From Eledone cirrhosa (taxonomy: Eukaryota), in NCBI GenBank assembly GCA_964016885.1, contig OZ024753.1:20832001-20896000 (forward strand): a DNA stretch of 64,000 bases, read 5' to 3'. The notes beneath the pieces are model-generated. The model worked only from the letters and a program-made list of their open reading frames with translations. It was not told the origin of the DNA and made no database searches. Positions 16,185 to 30,399 of the stretch are shown here, piece by piece. The translations under genes were made by a program, and so were the position numbers. Position 1 is the stretch's first letter. Every line of letters starts with the position of its first letter.

Positions 16185-19100
16185 GTTATCTCTGTCTATA
16201 TATATTGTTGGCTCTGTCTACATATATAGTGATGGCTCTGTCTATATATATAGTGATGGCTCTGTCTATATTTACAGTGTTATCTCTGTCTATATATACA
16301 GTGTTATCTCTGTCTATATATATAGTGTTGGCTCTGTCTATATATACAGTGTTGTCTCTGTCTATATATATAGTGTTGGCTTTGTCTATATATATACAGT
16401 GTTGGCTTTGTCTCTATATAGTGTTGCCTCTGTCTCTATATACAGTGTTGGCTCTGTCTATATACAGTTTTGGCTCTCTCTATATATATATAGTGTTGGC
16501 TGTGTCTATATATACAATGTTGACTCTGTCTATATATATATAATGTTGTCTGTGTCTATATATACAGTGTTGGCTCTGTCTATATATATAGTGTTGGCTC
16601 TGTCTGTATATATATACAGTGTTGGCTCTGTCTATGTATATAGTGTTGGCTCTGTCTGTATATATAGTGTTGGCTCTGTCTATATATACAGTGTTGGCTC
16701 TGTCTATGTATATAGTGTTGGCTCTGTCTGTATATATAGTGTTGGCTCTGTCTATATATACAGTGTTGTCTCTGTCTATATATATAGTGTTGGCTCTGTC
16801 TATATATACAGTGTTGGCTCTGTCTATGTATATAGTGTTGGCTCTGTCTATATATACAGTGTTGGCTCTGTCTATATATACAATGTTGGCTCTGTCTATA
16901 TATATAGTGTTGTCTCTGTCTATATATACAGTGTTGGCTCTGTCTATATATACAATGTTGGCTCTGTCTATATATAGTGTTGGCTCTGTCTATATATATA
17001 GTGTTGGCTCTGTCTATATATACAGTGTTGGCTCTGTCTATATATACAGTGTTGGCTCTGTCTATATATACAATGTTGGCTCTGTCTATATATATAGTGT
17101 TGGCTCTGTCTATATATACAGTGTTGGCTCTGTCTATATATACAATGTTGGCTCTGTCTATATATAGTGTTGGCTCTGTCTATATATATAGTGTTGGCTC
17201 TGTCTATATATACAGTGTTGGCTCTGTCTATATATACAGTGTTGTCTCTGTCTATATATATAGTGTTGGCTCTGTCTATAAATAATATTGGCTCTGTCTA
17301 TATATACAGTGTTGTCTCTGTCTATATATATAGTGTTGGCTATGTTTATATATATAATGTTGGCTCTGTCTATATATGTATATAGTGTTGGCTCTGTCTA
17401 TATATATAGTGTTGGCTCTGTCTATATATAGTGTTGGCTTTGTCTATATATATAGTGTTGGCTCCGTTCATATATATAGTGTTGGCTCTGTCTATATATA
17501 TAGTGTTGGCTCTGTGTATATATACAGTGTTGGCTCTGTCTATATATACAGTGTTGGCTCTGTCTATATATACAATGTTGGCTCTGTCTATATATATAGT
17601 GTTGGCTCTGTCTATATTTACAGTGTTATCTCAGTCTATATATATAGTGTTGGCTCTGTCTATATATATAGTGTTGGCTCTGTCTGTATATATATACAGT
17701 GTTGGCTCTGTCTATATATAGTGTTGGCTCTGTCTATAAATAATATTGGCTCTGTCTATATATACAGTGTTGTCTCTGTCTATATATATAATGTTGGCTC
17801 TGTCTATATATGTATATAGTGTTGGCTCTGTCTCTATATATAGTGTTGGCTCTGTCTATATATACAGTGTTGGCTTTGTCTATATATACAATGTTGGCTC
17901 TGTCTATATATATAGTGTTGTCTCTGTCTATATATACAGTGTTGGCTCTGTCTATATATACATTGTTGGCTCTGTCTATATATACAGTGTTGGCTCTGTC
18001 TATATATAGTGTTGGCTCTGTCTATATATATAGTGTTGGCTCTGTCTATATATACAGTGTTGGCTCTGTCTATATATACAGTGTTGTCTCTGTCTATATA
18101 TACAGTGTCGTCTCTGTCTATATATATAGTGTTGGCTCTGTCTATATATACAGTGTCGTCTCTGTCTATATATATAGTGTTGGCTCTGTCTATATATACA
18201 GTGTTGGCTCTGTCTATATATACAGTGTTGGCTCTCTCTATATATACAGTGTTGGCTCTGTCTATATATACAATGTTGGCTCTGTCTATATATACAGTGT
18301 TGTCTCTGTCTATATATACAGTGTTGTCTCTGTCTATATATACAGTGTTGGCTCTGTCTATATATACAGTGTTGGCTCTGTCTATATATACAGTGTTGGC
18401 TCTGTCTATATATACAGTGTTGGCTCTGTCTATATATACAGTGTTGGCTCTGTCTATATATACAATGTTGACTCTGTCTATATATATAGTGTTGTCTCTG
18501 TCTATATATATAGTGTTGGCTCTCTCTATATATACAGTGTTGGCTCTGTCTATATATACAATGTTGGCTCTGTCTATATATACAGTGTTGTCTCTGTCTA
18601 TATATACAGTGTTGGCTCTGTCTATATATACAGTGTTGGCTCTGTCTATATATACAGTGTTGGCTCTGTCTATATATACAATGTTGACTCTGTCTATATA
18701 TATAGTGTTGTCTCTGTCTATATATATAGTGTTGGCTCTCTCTATATATACAGTGTTGGCTCTGTCTATATATACAATGTTGGCTCTGTCTATATATACA
18801 GTGTTGTCTCTGTCTATATATATAGTGTTGGCTCTGTCTATATATAGTGTTGTCTCTGTCTATATATATAGTGTTTGCTCTGTCTATATATATATACAAT
18901 GTTGACTCTGTCTATATATATAGTGTTGTCTCTGTCTATATATATAGTGTTTGCTCTGTCTATATATATATACAGTGTTGGCTCTGTCTATATATATAAT
19001 GTTGGCTCTGTCTATATCTAGTGTTGGCTCTGTCTATAAATAATATTGGCTCTGTCTATATATACAGTGTTGTCTCTGTATATATATATAGTGTTGGCTC

Positions 19101-22100
19101 TGTCTATATATACAATGTTGGCTCTGTCTATATATAGTGTTGGCTCTGTCTGTATATATAGTGTTGGCTATGTCTATATATATAGTGTTGGCTCTGTCTA
19201 TATATACAGTGTTGGCTCTGTCTATATATATAGTGTTGGCTCTGTCTATATATACAGTGTTGGCTCTGTCTATATATGGTGTTGCCTCTGTCTATATATA
19301 TAGTGTTGGCTCTGTCTCTATATATAGTGTTGGCTCTGTCTATATTTACAGTGTTATCTCCGTCTATATATATAGTGTTGGCTCTGTCTATATATATAGT
19401 GTTGTCTCTGTCTATATATACAGTGTTGTCTCTGTCTATATATACAGTGTTGGCTCTGTCTATATATACAGTGTTGGCTCTGTCTATATATACAGTGTTG
19501 GCTCTGTCTATATATACAGTGTTGGCTCTGTCTATATATACAGTGTTGGCTCTGTCTATATATACAATGTTGACTCTGTCTATATATATAGTGTTGTCTC
19601 TGTCTATATATATAGTGTTGGCTCTGTCTATATATACAGTGTTGTCTCTGTCTATATATACAGTGTTGGCTCTGTCTATATATACAGTGTTGGCTCTGTC
19701 TATATATACAGTGTTGGCTCTGTCTATATATACAATGTTGACTCTGTCTATATATATAGTGTTGTCTCTGTCTATATATATAGTGTTGGCTCTCTCTATA
19801 TATACAGTGTTGGCTCTGTCTATATATACAATGTTGGCTCTGTCTATATATACAGTGTTGTCTCTGTCTATATATATAGTGTTGGCTCTGTCTATATATA
19901 GTGTTGTCTCTGTCTATATATATAGTGTTTGCTCTGTCTATATATATATACAATGTTGACTCTGTCTATATATATAGTGTTGTCTCTGTCTATATATATA
20001 GTGTTTGCTCTGTCTATATATATATACAGTGTTGGCTCTGTCTATATATATAATGTTGGCTCTGTCTATATCTAGTGTTGGCTCTGTCTATAAATAATAT
20101 TGGCTCTGTCTATATATACAGTGTTGTCTCTGTATATATATATAGTGTTGGCTCTGTCTATATATACAATGTTGGCTCTGTCTATATATAGTGTTGGCTC
20201 TGTCTGTATATATAGTGTTGGCTATGTCTATATATATAGTGTTGGCTCTGTCTATATATACAGTGTTGGCTCTGTCTATATATATAGTGTTGGCTCTGTC
20301 TATATATACAGTGTTGGCTCTGTCTATATATGGTGTTGCCTCTGTCTATATATATAGTGTTGGCTCTGTCTCTATATATAGTGTTGGCTCTGTCTATATT
20401 TACAGTGTTATCTCCGTCTATATATATAGTGTTGGCTCTGTCTATATATATAGTGTTGTCTCTGTCTATATATACAGTGTTGTCTCTGTCTATATATACA
20501 GTGTTGGCTCTGTCTATATATACAGTGTTGGCTCTGTCTATATATACAGTGTTGGCTCTGTCTATATATACAGTGTTGGCTCTGTCTATATATACAGTGT
20601 TGGCTCTGTCTATATATACAATGTTGACTCTGTCTATATATATAGTGTTGTCTCTGTCTATATATATAGTGTTGGCTCTCTCTATATATACAGTGTTGGC
20701 TCTGTCTATATATACAATGTTGGCTCTGTCTATATATACAGTGTTGTCTCTGTCTATATATACAGTGTTGGCTCTGTCTATATATACAGTGTTGGCTCTG
20801 TCTATATATACAGTGTTGGCTCTGTCTATATATACAATGTTGACTCTGTCTATATATATAGTGTTGTCTCTGTCTATATATATAGTGTTGGCTCTCTCTA
20901 TATATACAGTGTTGGCTCTGTCTATATATACAATGTTGGCTCTGTCTATATATACAGTGTTGTCTCTGTCTATATATATAGTGTTGGCTCTGACTATATA
21001 TATAGTGTTGGCTCTGTCTATATATATAGTGTTGGCTCTGTCTATATATATAGTGTTGGCTCTGTCTATATATACAGTGTTGGCACTGTCTATATATATA
21101 GTGTTGGCTCTGTCTATATATAGTGTTGTCTCTGTCTATATATATAGTGTTTGCTCTGTCTATATATATATACAATGTTGACTCTGTCTATATATATAGT
21201 GTTGTCTCTGTCTATATATATAGTGTTTGCTCTGTCTATATATATATACAGTGTTGGCTCTGTCTATATATATAATGTTGGCTCTGTCTATATCTAGTGT
21301 TGGCTATGTCTATATATATAGTGTTGGCTCTGTCTATATATACAGTGTTGGCTCTGTCTATATATATAGTGTTGGCTATGTTTATATATATAATGTTGGC
21401 TCTGTCTATATATAGTGTTGGCTCTGTCTGTATATATAGTGTTGGCTATGTCTATATATATAGTGTTGGCTCTGTCTATATATACAGTGTTGGCTCTGTC
21501 TATATATATAGTGTTGGCTCTGTCTATATATACAGTGTTGGCTCTGTCTATATATGGTGTTGCCTCTGTCTATATATATAGTGTTGGCTCTGTCTCTATA
21601 TATAGTGTTGGCTCTGTCTATATTTACAGTGTTATCTCCGTCTATATATATAGTGTTGGCTCTGTCTATATATATAGTGTTGGCTCTGTCTGTATATATA
21701 TACAGTGTTGGCTCTGTCTATATATAGTGTTGCCTCTGTCTATATATAGTGTTGGCTCCGTCTATATATATAGTGTTGGCTCTGTCTCTATATATAGTGT
21801 TGGCTCTGTCTATATATATAGTGTTGGCTCTGTCTCTATATATAGTGTTGGCTCTGTCTATATATAGTGTTGGCTCTGTCTATATATACAGTGTTGTCTC
21901 TGTCTATATATATAGTGTTGGCTCTGTCTATATATACAGTGTTGGCTCTGTCTATATATACAATGTTGGCTCTGTCTATATATATAGTGTTGGCTCTGTC
22001 TATATATATAGTGTTGGCTCTGTCTATATATACAGTGTTGTCTCTGTCTATATATACAGTGTTGGCTCTGTCTATATATACAGTGTTGTCTCTGTCTATA

Positions 22101-24330
22101 TATATAGTGTTGGCTCTGTCTATATATACAGTGTTGGCTCTGTCTATATATACAATGTTGGCTCTGTCTATATATACAGTGTTGTCTCTGTCTATATATA
22201 TAGTGTTGGCTCTGTCTATATATACAGTGTTGTCTCTGTCTATATATACAGTGTTGGCTCTGTCTATATATACAGTGTTGGCTCTGTCTATATATAGTGT
22301 TGGATCTGTCTATATATATAGTGTTGGCTCTGTCTATATATATAGTGTTTGCTCTGTCTATATATACAATGTTGGCTCTGTCTATATATATATAGTGTTG
22401 TCTCTGTCTATATATAGTGTTGGCTCTGTCTATATATACAGTGTTGTCTCTGTCTATATATATAGTGTTGGCTCTGTCTATATATACAGTGTTGGCTCTG
22501 TCTATATATACAATGTTGGCTCTGTCTATATATATAGTGTTGTCTCTGTCTATATATACAGTGTTGGCTCTGTCTATATATACAATGTTGGCTCTGTCTA
22601 TATATAGTGTTGGATCTGTCTATATATATAGTGTTGGCTCTGTCTATATATATAGTGTTGGCTCTGTCTATATATACAATGTTGGCTCTGTCTATATATA
22701 CAATGTTGGCTCTGTCTATATATAGTGTTGGATCTGTCTATATATATAGTGTTGGCTCTGTCTATATATATAGTGTTGTCTCTGTCTATATATACAGTGT
22801 TGGCTCTGTCTATATATACAATGTTGGCTCTGTCTATATATAGTGTTGGATCTGTCTATATATATAGTGTTGGCTCTGTCTATATATACAGTGTTGGCTC
22901 TGTCTATATATATACAATGTTGGCTCTGTCTATATATACAGTGTTGGCTCTGTCTATATATATAGTGTTGGATCTGTCTATATATATAGTGTTGGCTCTG
23001 TCTATATATATATAGTGTTGGCTCTGTCTATATATAGTGTTGGCTCTGTCTATATATATAGTGTTGGCTCTGTCTATATTTACAGTGTTGGCTCTGTCTA
23101 TATATATAGTGTTGGCTCTGTCTATATATAGTGTTGGCTCTGTCTATATATAGTGTTGGCTATGTCTATATTTATAGTGTTGGCTCTGTCTATATATATA
23201 TAGTGTTGGCTCTGTCTATATACAGTGTTGGCTCTGTCTATATATAGTGTTGGCTATGTCTATATATATAGTGTTGTCTCTGTCTATATATACAGTGTTA
23301 TCTCTGTCTATATATAGTGTTGGCTATGTCTATATATATAGTGTTGGCTCTGTCTATATATACAGTGTTGGCTCTGTCTATATATACAGTGTTGGCTCTG
23401 TCTATATATATATATATAGTGTTGGCTCTGTCTATATATATATATATAGTGTTGGCTCTGTCTATATATACAGTGTTGTCTCTGTCTATATATATAGTGT
23501 TGGCTCTGTCTATATATACAGTGTTGTCTCTGTCTATATATATAGTGTTGGCTATGTCTATATATATAATGTTGGCTCTGTCTATATATATATATAGTTT
23601 TGGCTCTGTCTATATATAGTGTTGGCTCCATCTATATATATAGTGTTGGCTCTGTCTATATATATAGTGTTGCCTCTGTCTATATATATACAGTGTTGGC
23701 TCTGTCTATATATAGTGTTGGCTATGTCTATATATATTGTGTTGGCTCTGTCTATATACAGTGTTGTCTATGTCTATATATATAGTGTTGACTCTGTCTA
23801 TATATATAGTGTTGGCTCTGTCTATATATATATAGTGTTGGCTCTGTCTATATATAGTGTTGTCTTTGTCTATATATAGTGTTGGCTCTGTCTATATACA
23901 GTGTTGGCTCTGTCTATATATATAATGTTGGCTCTGTCTATATATATAGTGTTGGCTCTGTCTGTATATATAGTGTTGGCTCTGTCTATATATATAGTGT
24001 TGGCTCTGTCTATATATATAGTGTTGGCTCTGTCTATATATATAGTGTTGGCTCTGTCTATATATATAGTGTTGGCTCTGTCTATATATATAGTGTTGGC
24101 TCTGTCTATATATATAGTGTTTGCTCTGTCGATATACAGTGTTGGCTCTGTCTATATATATAATGTTGGCTCTGTCTATATATACAGTGTTGGCTCTGTC
24201 TATATACAGTGTTGGCTCTGTCTATATATAGTGTTGGCTCTGTCTATATATAGTGTTGGCTCTGTCTATATATACAGTGTTGGCTCTGTCTATATATAGT
24301 GTTGGCTGTGTCTATATACAGTGTTGGCTC

Positions 24331-24470
24331 TTTACAGTGTAGACTGAGCGTAAATTGTCATGACACCAACAGAACCACTTTACAGAGTAGACTGGGCATA
24401 ATTTGTCATAACACCAACATGACCACTTTACAGTGTGGACTAGTTGCTTTCTCTTGTGGCACCAATACAA
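24331..24470 (-). mobile_element. RTE 3' UTR remnant with three 48-bp units
   Basis: tttacagtgtagactg / accactttacagagtagactgg / accactttacagtgtggact units. Confidence 0.65.
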
Positions 24471-24781
24471 CTCCTTCTCACACAGTTTATCATGTCTGTG
24501 GAATACTAAGCCACCTACACATTATTTTAAGGTGTAGGTAGTCCAGTTAATCATCAGATAACTATAATGTGCATTGCTGAAACTGGTGTAGATCCATTTA
24601 CTTATGAATTTATATATATAGGTGTATAAAATCTGCTTATGTGCTTCTTATATGATTTGCAAATTGTTTCTTTGAAGAACTTTCCTGAGTTATGTGAAAA
24701 TTCTTTCTGTGTATCTTAACAGTGATTAAAGCATTAAGTTTCTACATTTGAATCTAACAACATTTTTTCCTGTTTCTTTAG

Positions 24782-24847
24782 ACAAATAATAATCTCGGGG
24801 ATTAACAAACATAAATGCCATTTAATGTAACTTTCTTAACTTCAAAG
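24782..24847 (+). CDS. Candidate host exon (5' UTR plus ATG at 24815, MPFNVTFLTSK)
   Basis: ctaac branch-like site, polypyrimidine tract and tag acceptor at 24779-81, AAG|gtaaag donor, ends in phase 0. Confidence 0.35.
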
Positions 24848-25012
24848 GTAAAGATTTTCACTTCTCACTCTCATATTAAATGACAAACTTCACATACGAA
24901 AAGGTGAAACCATATATATACATAACAAAACAAAATTCTTTTTTTTTCTTGATGTGGTGGATACAATAATAATATCACATTATCAATAGTTGGTTTGTTT
25001 TCAAGTAAACAG

Positions 25013-25160
25013 CCTCCTAAACACCATGTGTGTTTTCTGGATGAACAACTTCATCCTTTTGTTCCAGCAGTAGTTGAGAGAAAACAATCGACAATTGTTT
25101 TCGGAGTGTTTGCTCCTTATCAAGATTGTGTATTCACGTTACTCCTACTCACTGGAACTG
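25013..25160 (+). CDS. Candidate host exon PPKHHVCFLDEQLHPFVPAVVERKQSTIVFGVFAPYQDCVFTLLLLTGT, product unknown
   Basis: cag acceptor, stop-free in phase 0 matching the previous exon, G|gtgaga donor. Confidence 0.35.
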
Positions 25161-25655
25161 GTGAGAATACATAGTATTCTCAAATGTATACATCAGCTGA
25201 TTAGTCTCATCTGCATACTGAGCAATTTTATGGCTGTACCTTGCTGTGTCTCATTAATGTATGGTCTTACTTTTCACCAAGTGCACAGGAAAGGTTATAA
25301 TATCTTTGACACAACTGAGGGTTCCTCCCAACCCTTTGTTTGGCCAGATTTCTACAGATAGATTCTCTTCCTATCACCAACTACTTTACAATGTGTATTG
25401 GATGCATTTATCGTATAGCTCACCAACATGATATATATATCAATATAGAAGTAATATATGATAAATACAAAGAAGATATGATATATATTATGTTAATGCC
25501 TTAAATGAAGTGAAGCATACTCAATGCCTAAAGATGCTTTAAATATTAAAGTGGAGTTAATATTTAAGGAGAGTTAATATGCAGATGATATAAGCAGAAC
25601 AAGTATCAGCAGAAATATATGCTGGTGAAAACAAGACTCTTAAGAACAAGTATTA

Positions 25656-25764
25656 TTCCTTACAAAGTATTTCATTCTTGTGGCAGAATTAATATTGTTA
25701 TGGAAGCAATAAACAACGTTTATATACCTCGATAGAATTGTATCTGTTAGACTCTTCAGAGGAA
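25656..25764 (-). ncRNA. Candidate type I hammerhead ribozyme with 79-nt stem II region
   Basis: Minus strand: UUCCU-CUGAAGA-[GUCU...AGAAU]-GAAA-UACUUUG-UA-AGGAA; stem I is a perfect 5 bp. Confidence 0.65.
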
Positions 25765-25919
25765 AGTGGTTTGCTTTTAATGCTCTCACAAAAGGGATAA
25801 TCATAGTACCTCTACAATCACTAACATAAATAATAACTCTAGCCACCATAATCACCCTAGCTCCATTGGGTGAATTCTTCGCATGCAAAGATCAGTGGGA
25901 AGAATTGTTGTTCCATGTG

Positions 25920-27385
25920 GTGTTACACCCTGAGGTGGTACACCCTGGGGTGGCTATAGGGTCCAATCCTGGACCTGCAGGCTCTGCTACAGTTGGGACA
26001 AGTGTATATTTGGTCAGTTGATGGTTGAGTGGTGGACAGCTTCTTTCTTTGATGTTTGTCTTCAGCCGCCGCCTTCCTGCCTTCCTTAAAGCTGGCTGCA
26101 GCTGTTTTGATGGTCACTCTTCATTTCTCTCTGTCCTCTGCCAGGTGTTCCCATTCCCTGTCATCAATATTGCCTTGGGTCAGCTGGTGCTTGAAGAATT
26201 TTTCTGGGGCCCCTTGGTTTTGATTGCCTTGACATATTTCTCCATAGAAAACTGTCTTTGGCATCCTAGAGTCGTTCATGCTCGAGACATGACCTGCCTA
26301 GCAGAACTGTCTCAGCATCAGAATGCTCTCAAACGCTTGTGATATTGGCCCTCTTGAGAACTTCCTCATTTGTTACATAGTCCTGCCAACAGATACCAGT
26401 GATGAAGTGAAGGCATCACTGATTGAATCTTTCCAGTAGCTTGATCTGCTTCCAGTACAGGACCCAGCTTTCAGCTCCACAGAGGAGGGTAATGACTACA
26501 ACAGCTTTGTAGACTCTGATCTTTGTGGTGAGGCGTAGAAAGTGGTTCTGCCACACACATTTCTGCAAGCATCCAAATGAGCTGCTGGCCTTGGCAATAT
26601 GGTTGTCAATATCCTTTGCTGAGGTAGCGTTGTTGGTAATGACACTTTCCAAGTATGTGAAGTGCTCCACTGCACTGAGGAGGTGCCCATTGATGTTAAT
26701 CTACGGAGGGTGGAACTCTTCATTTGGTGGCTTCTAGCACATGACTAGGGGCTGATGGTTAGGCTAAAGGATTTGGTTGCCCGAGAAAAGCAGCTGACGG
26801 CTTCCTTAATGTGTGATACAAGGGCATAGTCGTCTACAAACAGCAGCTTCAGGATCAACTCCTCCATTGTTTTGGTGTGAGTGAGCAGTCATCACATGTT
26901 GAACACACTCCCATCAGTACGGAACTGGATGTCAATGCCCTGCCACAGATCTTTCTTTGCTTTGCAGAGCATCATGCTGAAGAAGATTACAAATACATTT
27001 CATGAAGAAGATTACAGCCTTGTTTCATGCCATTCTCAATGAGGAATTAATCAGAGGGACCATCATTGTGCTTTACCTGTCCCTGCTCTCCTGTGTTGTG
27101 TTGCTGGAGCATGGTCAGGAATGTTAGCAGACACCCAAGTTTGCTGAGGATCTTCCACAGTCCATCCCTACTAACTGTATCAAATGCCTTCGTCAGGTCA
27201 ATGAAGGCAGCATGCAAGGGCATATTTTGCTTTCTACATTTTTCTTGGATCTGGCAGAGGACAAAAGTCATACCTGTGGTCCTGTGGTTAGCACAGAATG
27301 TGCATTAGCCTTCTGGGAGGACATCCTCTGCAATGGCTGGGATGAGTCTATTGAGCAGGACAAACTAGAATTTTGCCTGCGGTTA
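25920..27385 (-). mobile_element. Decayed RTE (BovB-like) LINE: RT and C-terminal C2H2 finger
   Basis: AFIDLTKAFDTVSRDGLW, LLFVDD, KIRVYKAVVVITLLCGAESW, CPNCSRACRSRIG; multiple stops and frameshifts. Confidence 0.9.
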
Positions 27386-27429
27386 AGAGACTCCACATTT
27401 TAAACACCAATTAAATTTATTACTATAAT

Positions 27430-28032
27430 GGTTTCTTATATAGGCACAAGGCCAGCAATTGAGGGGGAGGGGAAAATCGATTAAATCAACCCCAGTACGT
27501 CACTGGTACTTTATTTTATCGACCCCATAAAGATGAAAGGCAAAGTTAACCTCAGAACGCAAAGGGCCATAACTCTATGCTGCAAAGCATGTTATCTGAC
27601 ACTCTACCAATTCTGTCAATCCACTGCAAATATATTATAATTATAATAATAATTGTTTCTACTTTTGGTACAAGGCCAGCAATTATCCCAGTGTATTACT
27701 GGTACTTTATTTTATCGACCCCATAAGGATGAAAAGCAAAGTTAACCTCGGTGGGATTTGACCTCAGTCCGTAAAGGGACGTAACTGTGCTGCAAAGCAT
27801 GGCGTCCGACCTTCTACCGATACTGCCTCTGATTTAGAAACAAGACCAACAATTATGGGAGGGGGAGGGAAAGTTGATTAAGCCCCAGTGAGTTACTGGT
27901 ACTTTATTTCATTGACCCTATAAAGATGAAAGGCAAAGATAACCTTAGTTGGTTTTGAAATCAGAACGTAAAGGGTTGTAACTATATGCTGCAAAGCATT
28001 TTGTCTGACACCCTACTGATTCTGCCAATCCC
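27430..28032 (-). mobile_element. Three head-to-tail SINE family A copies
   Basis: ctggtactttattttatcgacccc...aaggcaaagttaacctc repeated near 27500, 27700 and 27895. Confidence 0.85.
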
Positions 28033-28765
28033 TCTCTGACCAACTATATAATACAAATATACATAGAAATATGTTTTATAAAGGCACCCCCCAAGTATAT
28101 AACAAAATAGCTACTGTAAATTTGAACTCAAAATCAATAGAATGATAGTTTGGGATTACATCTATTTGGCAATTTCTCTTAATAAAGTTCTATCAAAACT
28201 CATTACTGGTCCTGTTCTAACCATAGATCTCATTACTCCATTTTCCCATTAGGATGTAATTAGTAATTTACAGATCATTACAAATAAAGAAAAGCAAATA
28301 AAAAAACAATTTATTGCTAACCAAAGATATCTAGTTAATAGTTCTATAAATGTGGGAGAAAATAAATCTAACAATTTGTTAAACTTAACATAGTCTATCA
28401 AGAAATTGACACCTTAATATCACCTTCTAAATATCACTGACTATTAACCCTTTACTCTATATTTACTGTTATATTTTCATGGTAATGACTTTACTTCACA
28501 TAATTATCTCACATAATATCGAATCTATGAGATTTTGATATTATTTATTTTGATAACAATAACTTAACATCAGTATGAGCTGCTGGTTAAAGCCTGTTTG
28601 AACAGAAAGAGGTGAGAGAATTCAATTGCACTATCTTTAATTCTTCTTGTTTAATGGTGTATAACTTTTTAACCAATTTCTTTAGAAAGATCTACCAAAT
28701 GTCATCAATGATTAGCATTGAAACTACAGAAGTTAGGCAAGCTTTTAGTTTAGTTTAATTTTATT

Positions 28766-28940
28766 TGTGTGAGAGAGAGATCCTGTGTATGTATGTGTGA
28801 TAGAGAGAGAGACAGCCTCTGTGTGTGAGAGAGAGAGAACCTGTGTGTGTGTGTGTGTGTGTGTATGTGTGTGTGTGTGTGAGAGAGTCTGTGTGTATGT
28901 ATGTTTGTGTGTGCATGTGTGCAGAATATGACTGTATATA

Positions 28941-29000
<60 letters not shown>

Positions 29001-29015
29001 CACGTATATATGTAT
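28766..29015. repeat. Compound (GA)/(GT)/(TA)/(TATG) microsatellite
   Basis: Direct reading. Confidence 0.95.
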
Positions 29016-30085
29016 GTTTTCTCTTTCTCTTAATTTCGATTATATTTTTGACTGGCCATCTTCCTGGTGGCAAGGTTGTAAAAGAAAATAAATTCTCATC
29101 CCTTTAATCGTAAGAATGTTTTCAAAATTTTGAAGGTGCCAACTATCGCAGCCATTTGTAGTCTATGAATTAGGGAGCTGTGCTCTTTGTCCACAAATCC
29201 AAGTTCAGTTATACTTTGCTCCAAGTGGGTTGGTATATAACCTGTAGCTCCAATAATAATGGGTATGAAGCTGAAGGTTTATCTTGGATACTGGATCTGC
29301 AAACCCCTCATCAATGGTCCGTAGAGGCCCTCCTTCTCCTGTATTTGTCTTACAACGTAGACAAGTGGGCAGCTGATCTCTACAACACATCACGTTTTCA
29401 ATGTGTGGTCCCAAACAACAATATCAGGCTGGTTGTGCTTTAATTTGGTGGCAGTTTTTATTTTCAGGTTCAACCAGTATTCTTTAGTGCCATCTATCTC
29501 AACATATTCTTCCTCAACTGTTTTTAATTTTTGTTTTCCTAAGTGCACTCCAGATGGTTCTAGCTGTCACATCGTATCTCATTGGGAGGTAGTAACAAGA
29601 CAACATTCTTTCACAGTTGGCAACAATGTGGCTAACATCTTCGATCTTTGTTTTACATAGCCTACATTTATTGTCGACTGATGACCCTACTCTTTTGTGT
29701 AGCAGATATTTGGTAGGGATTTCTTGTTCCTATATTGCATAGAGATATCCTTCCAGGTGGGATGTAATAAATTTGTCAGAACTCCATGCCATGCTTTTTG
29801 AATGATTTATCCCCTCTATGGTCTATGTTTTTCGTCTCAGGTACCCAGGCACACCTTTCTCTGTAAATTGGTCCATTTTTTTATCATGTTCAAACATTTA
29901 ATAAGATCTTCCAATGTTCCTAGGAGAGAGATTTATATCAGGCCTTATTCCATATCTATCCTCCAGATCAGTGGCTATCCTAATATTATTTCCTTCATGC
30001 TCATAGACGTGGGCAAAATGATTGCTGACCTTTTTCTTCTGTTGAAGATGTTGCTTCAGTGTTACTATCCAATTCTCGTATAATG
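29016..30085 (-). mobile_element. RLE-type (R4/Dong/NeSL-like) non-LTR 3' fragment, decayed
   Basis: HLEGYLYAI*EQEI, CCHC knuckle (EDVSHIVANC), HNQPDIVVWD...VEISCP endonuclease motif. Confidence 0.85.
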
Positions 30086-30399
30086 TTAATATGGATTTTA
30101 TGTATGTATGTATGTTCTTCTGGTTTCATAATTTTATAGATTTTTACCAATAGAGAGAGAGTCGGTTTCTAACATAGGGATTTACTCAACTTCAACTAGG
30201 TAGATATGTATGCATGTCTACATGTATGCATGTGTATGCAAGTATGGATGTTATTATATGTATAGATGTGTATGTTTTGAGTTGTATGTGTGCATGTGTA
30301 TATGCCTTGTATCTGTACATGTGTATATGCAGTTATTAGATGCAGAATTTTTGGAATATTTTACATATATTTACTGTTCCATTAATGGATTGTACTTGT

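Larger units (their letters stand above)
1402..24330. repeat. ~23 kb satellite, unit AGTGTTGGCTCTGTC(TA)n(C/T), mostly 22-24 bp, roughly 950-1000 units
   Basis: Continuous tandem array; all IVLALSIY / SVGSVYIY / RQSQHCIY ORFs are its reading frames. Confidence 0.99.

Noticed and set aside
1324-24541. Dozens of hydrophobic ORFs (IVLALSIY, SVGSVYIY, RQSQHCIY repeats)
   Set aside because: Reading frames of a 24-bp stop-free satellite unit, broken wherever the (TA)n length changes
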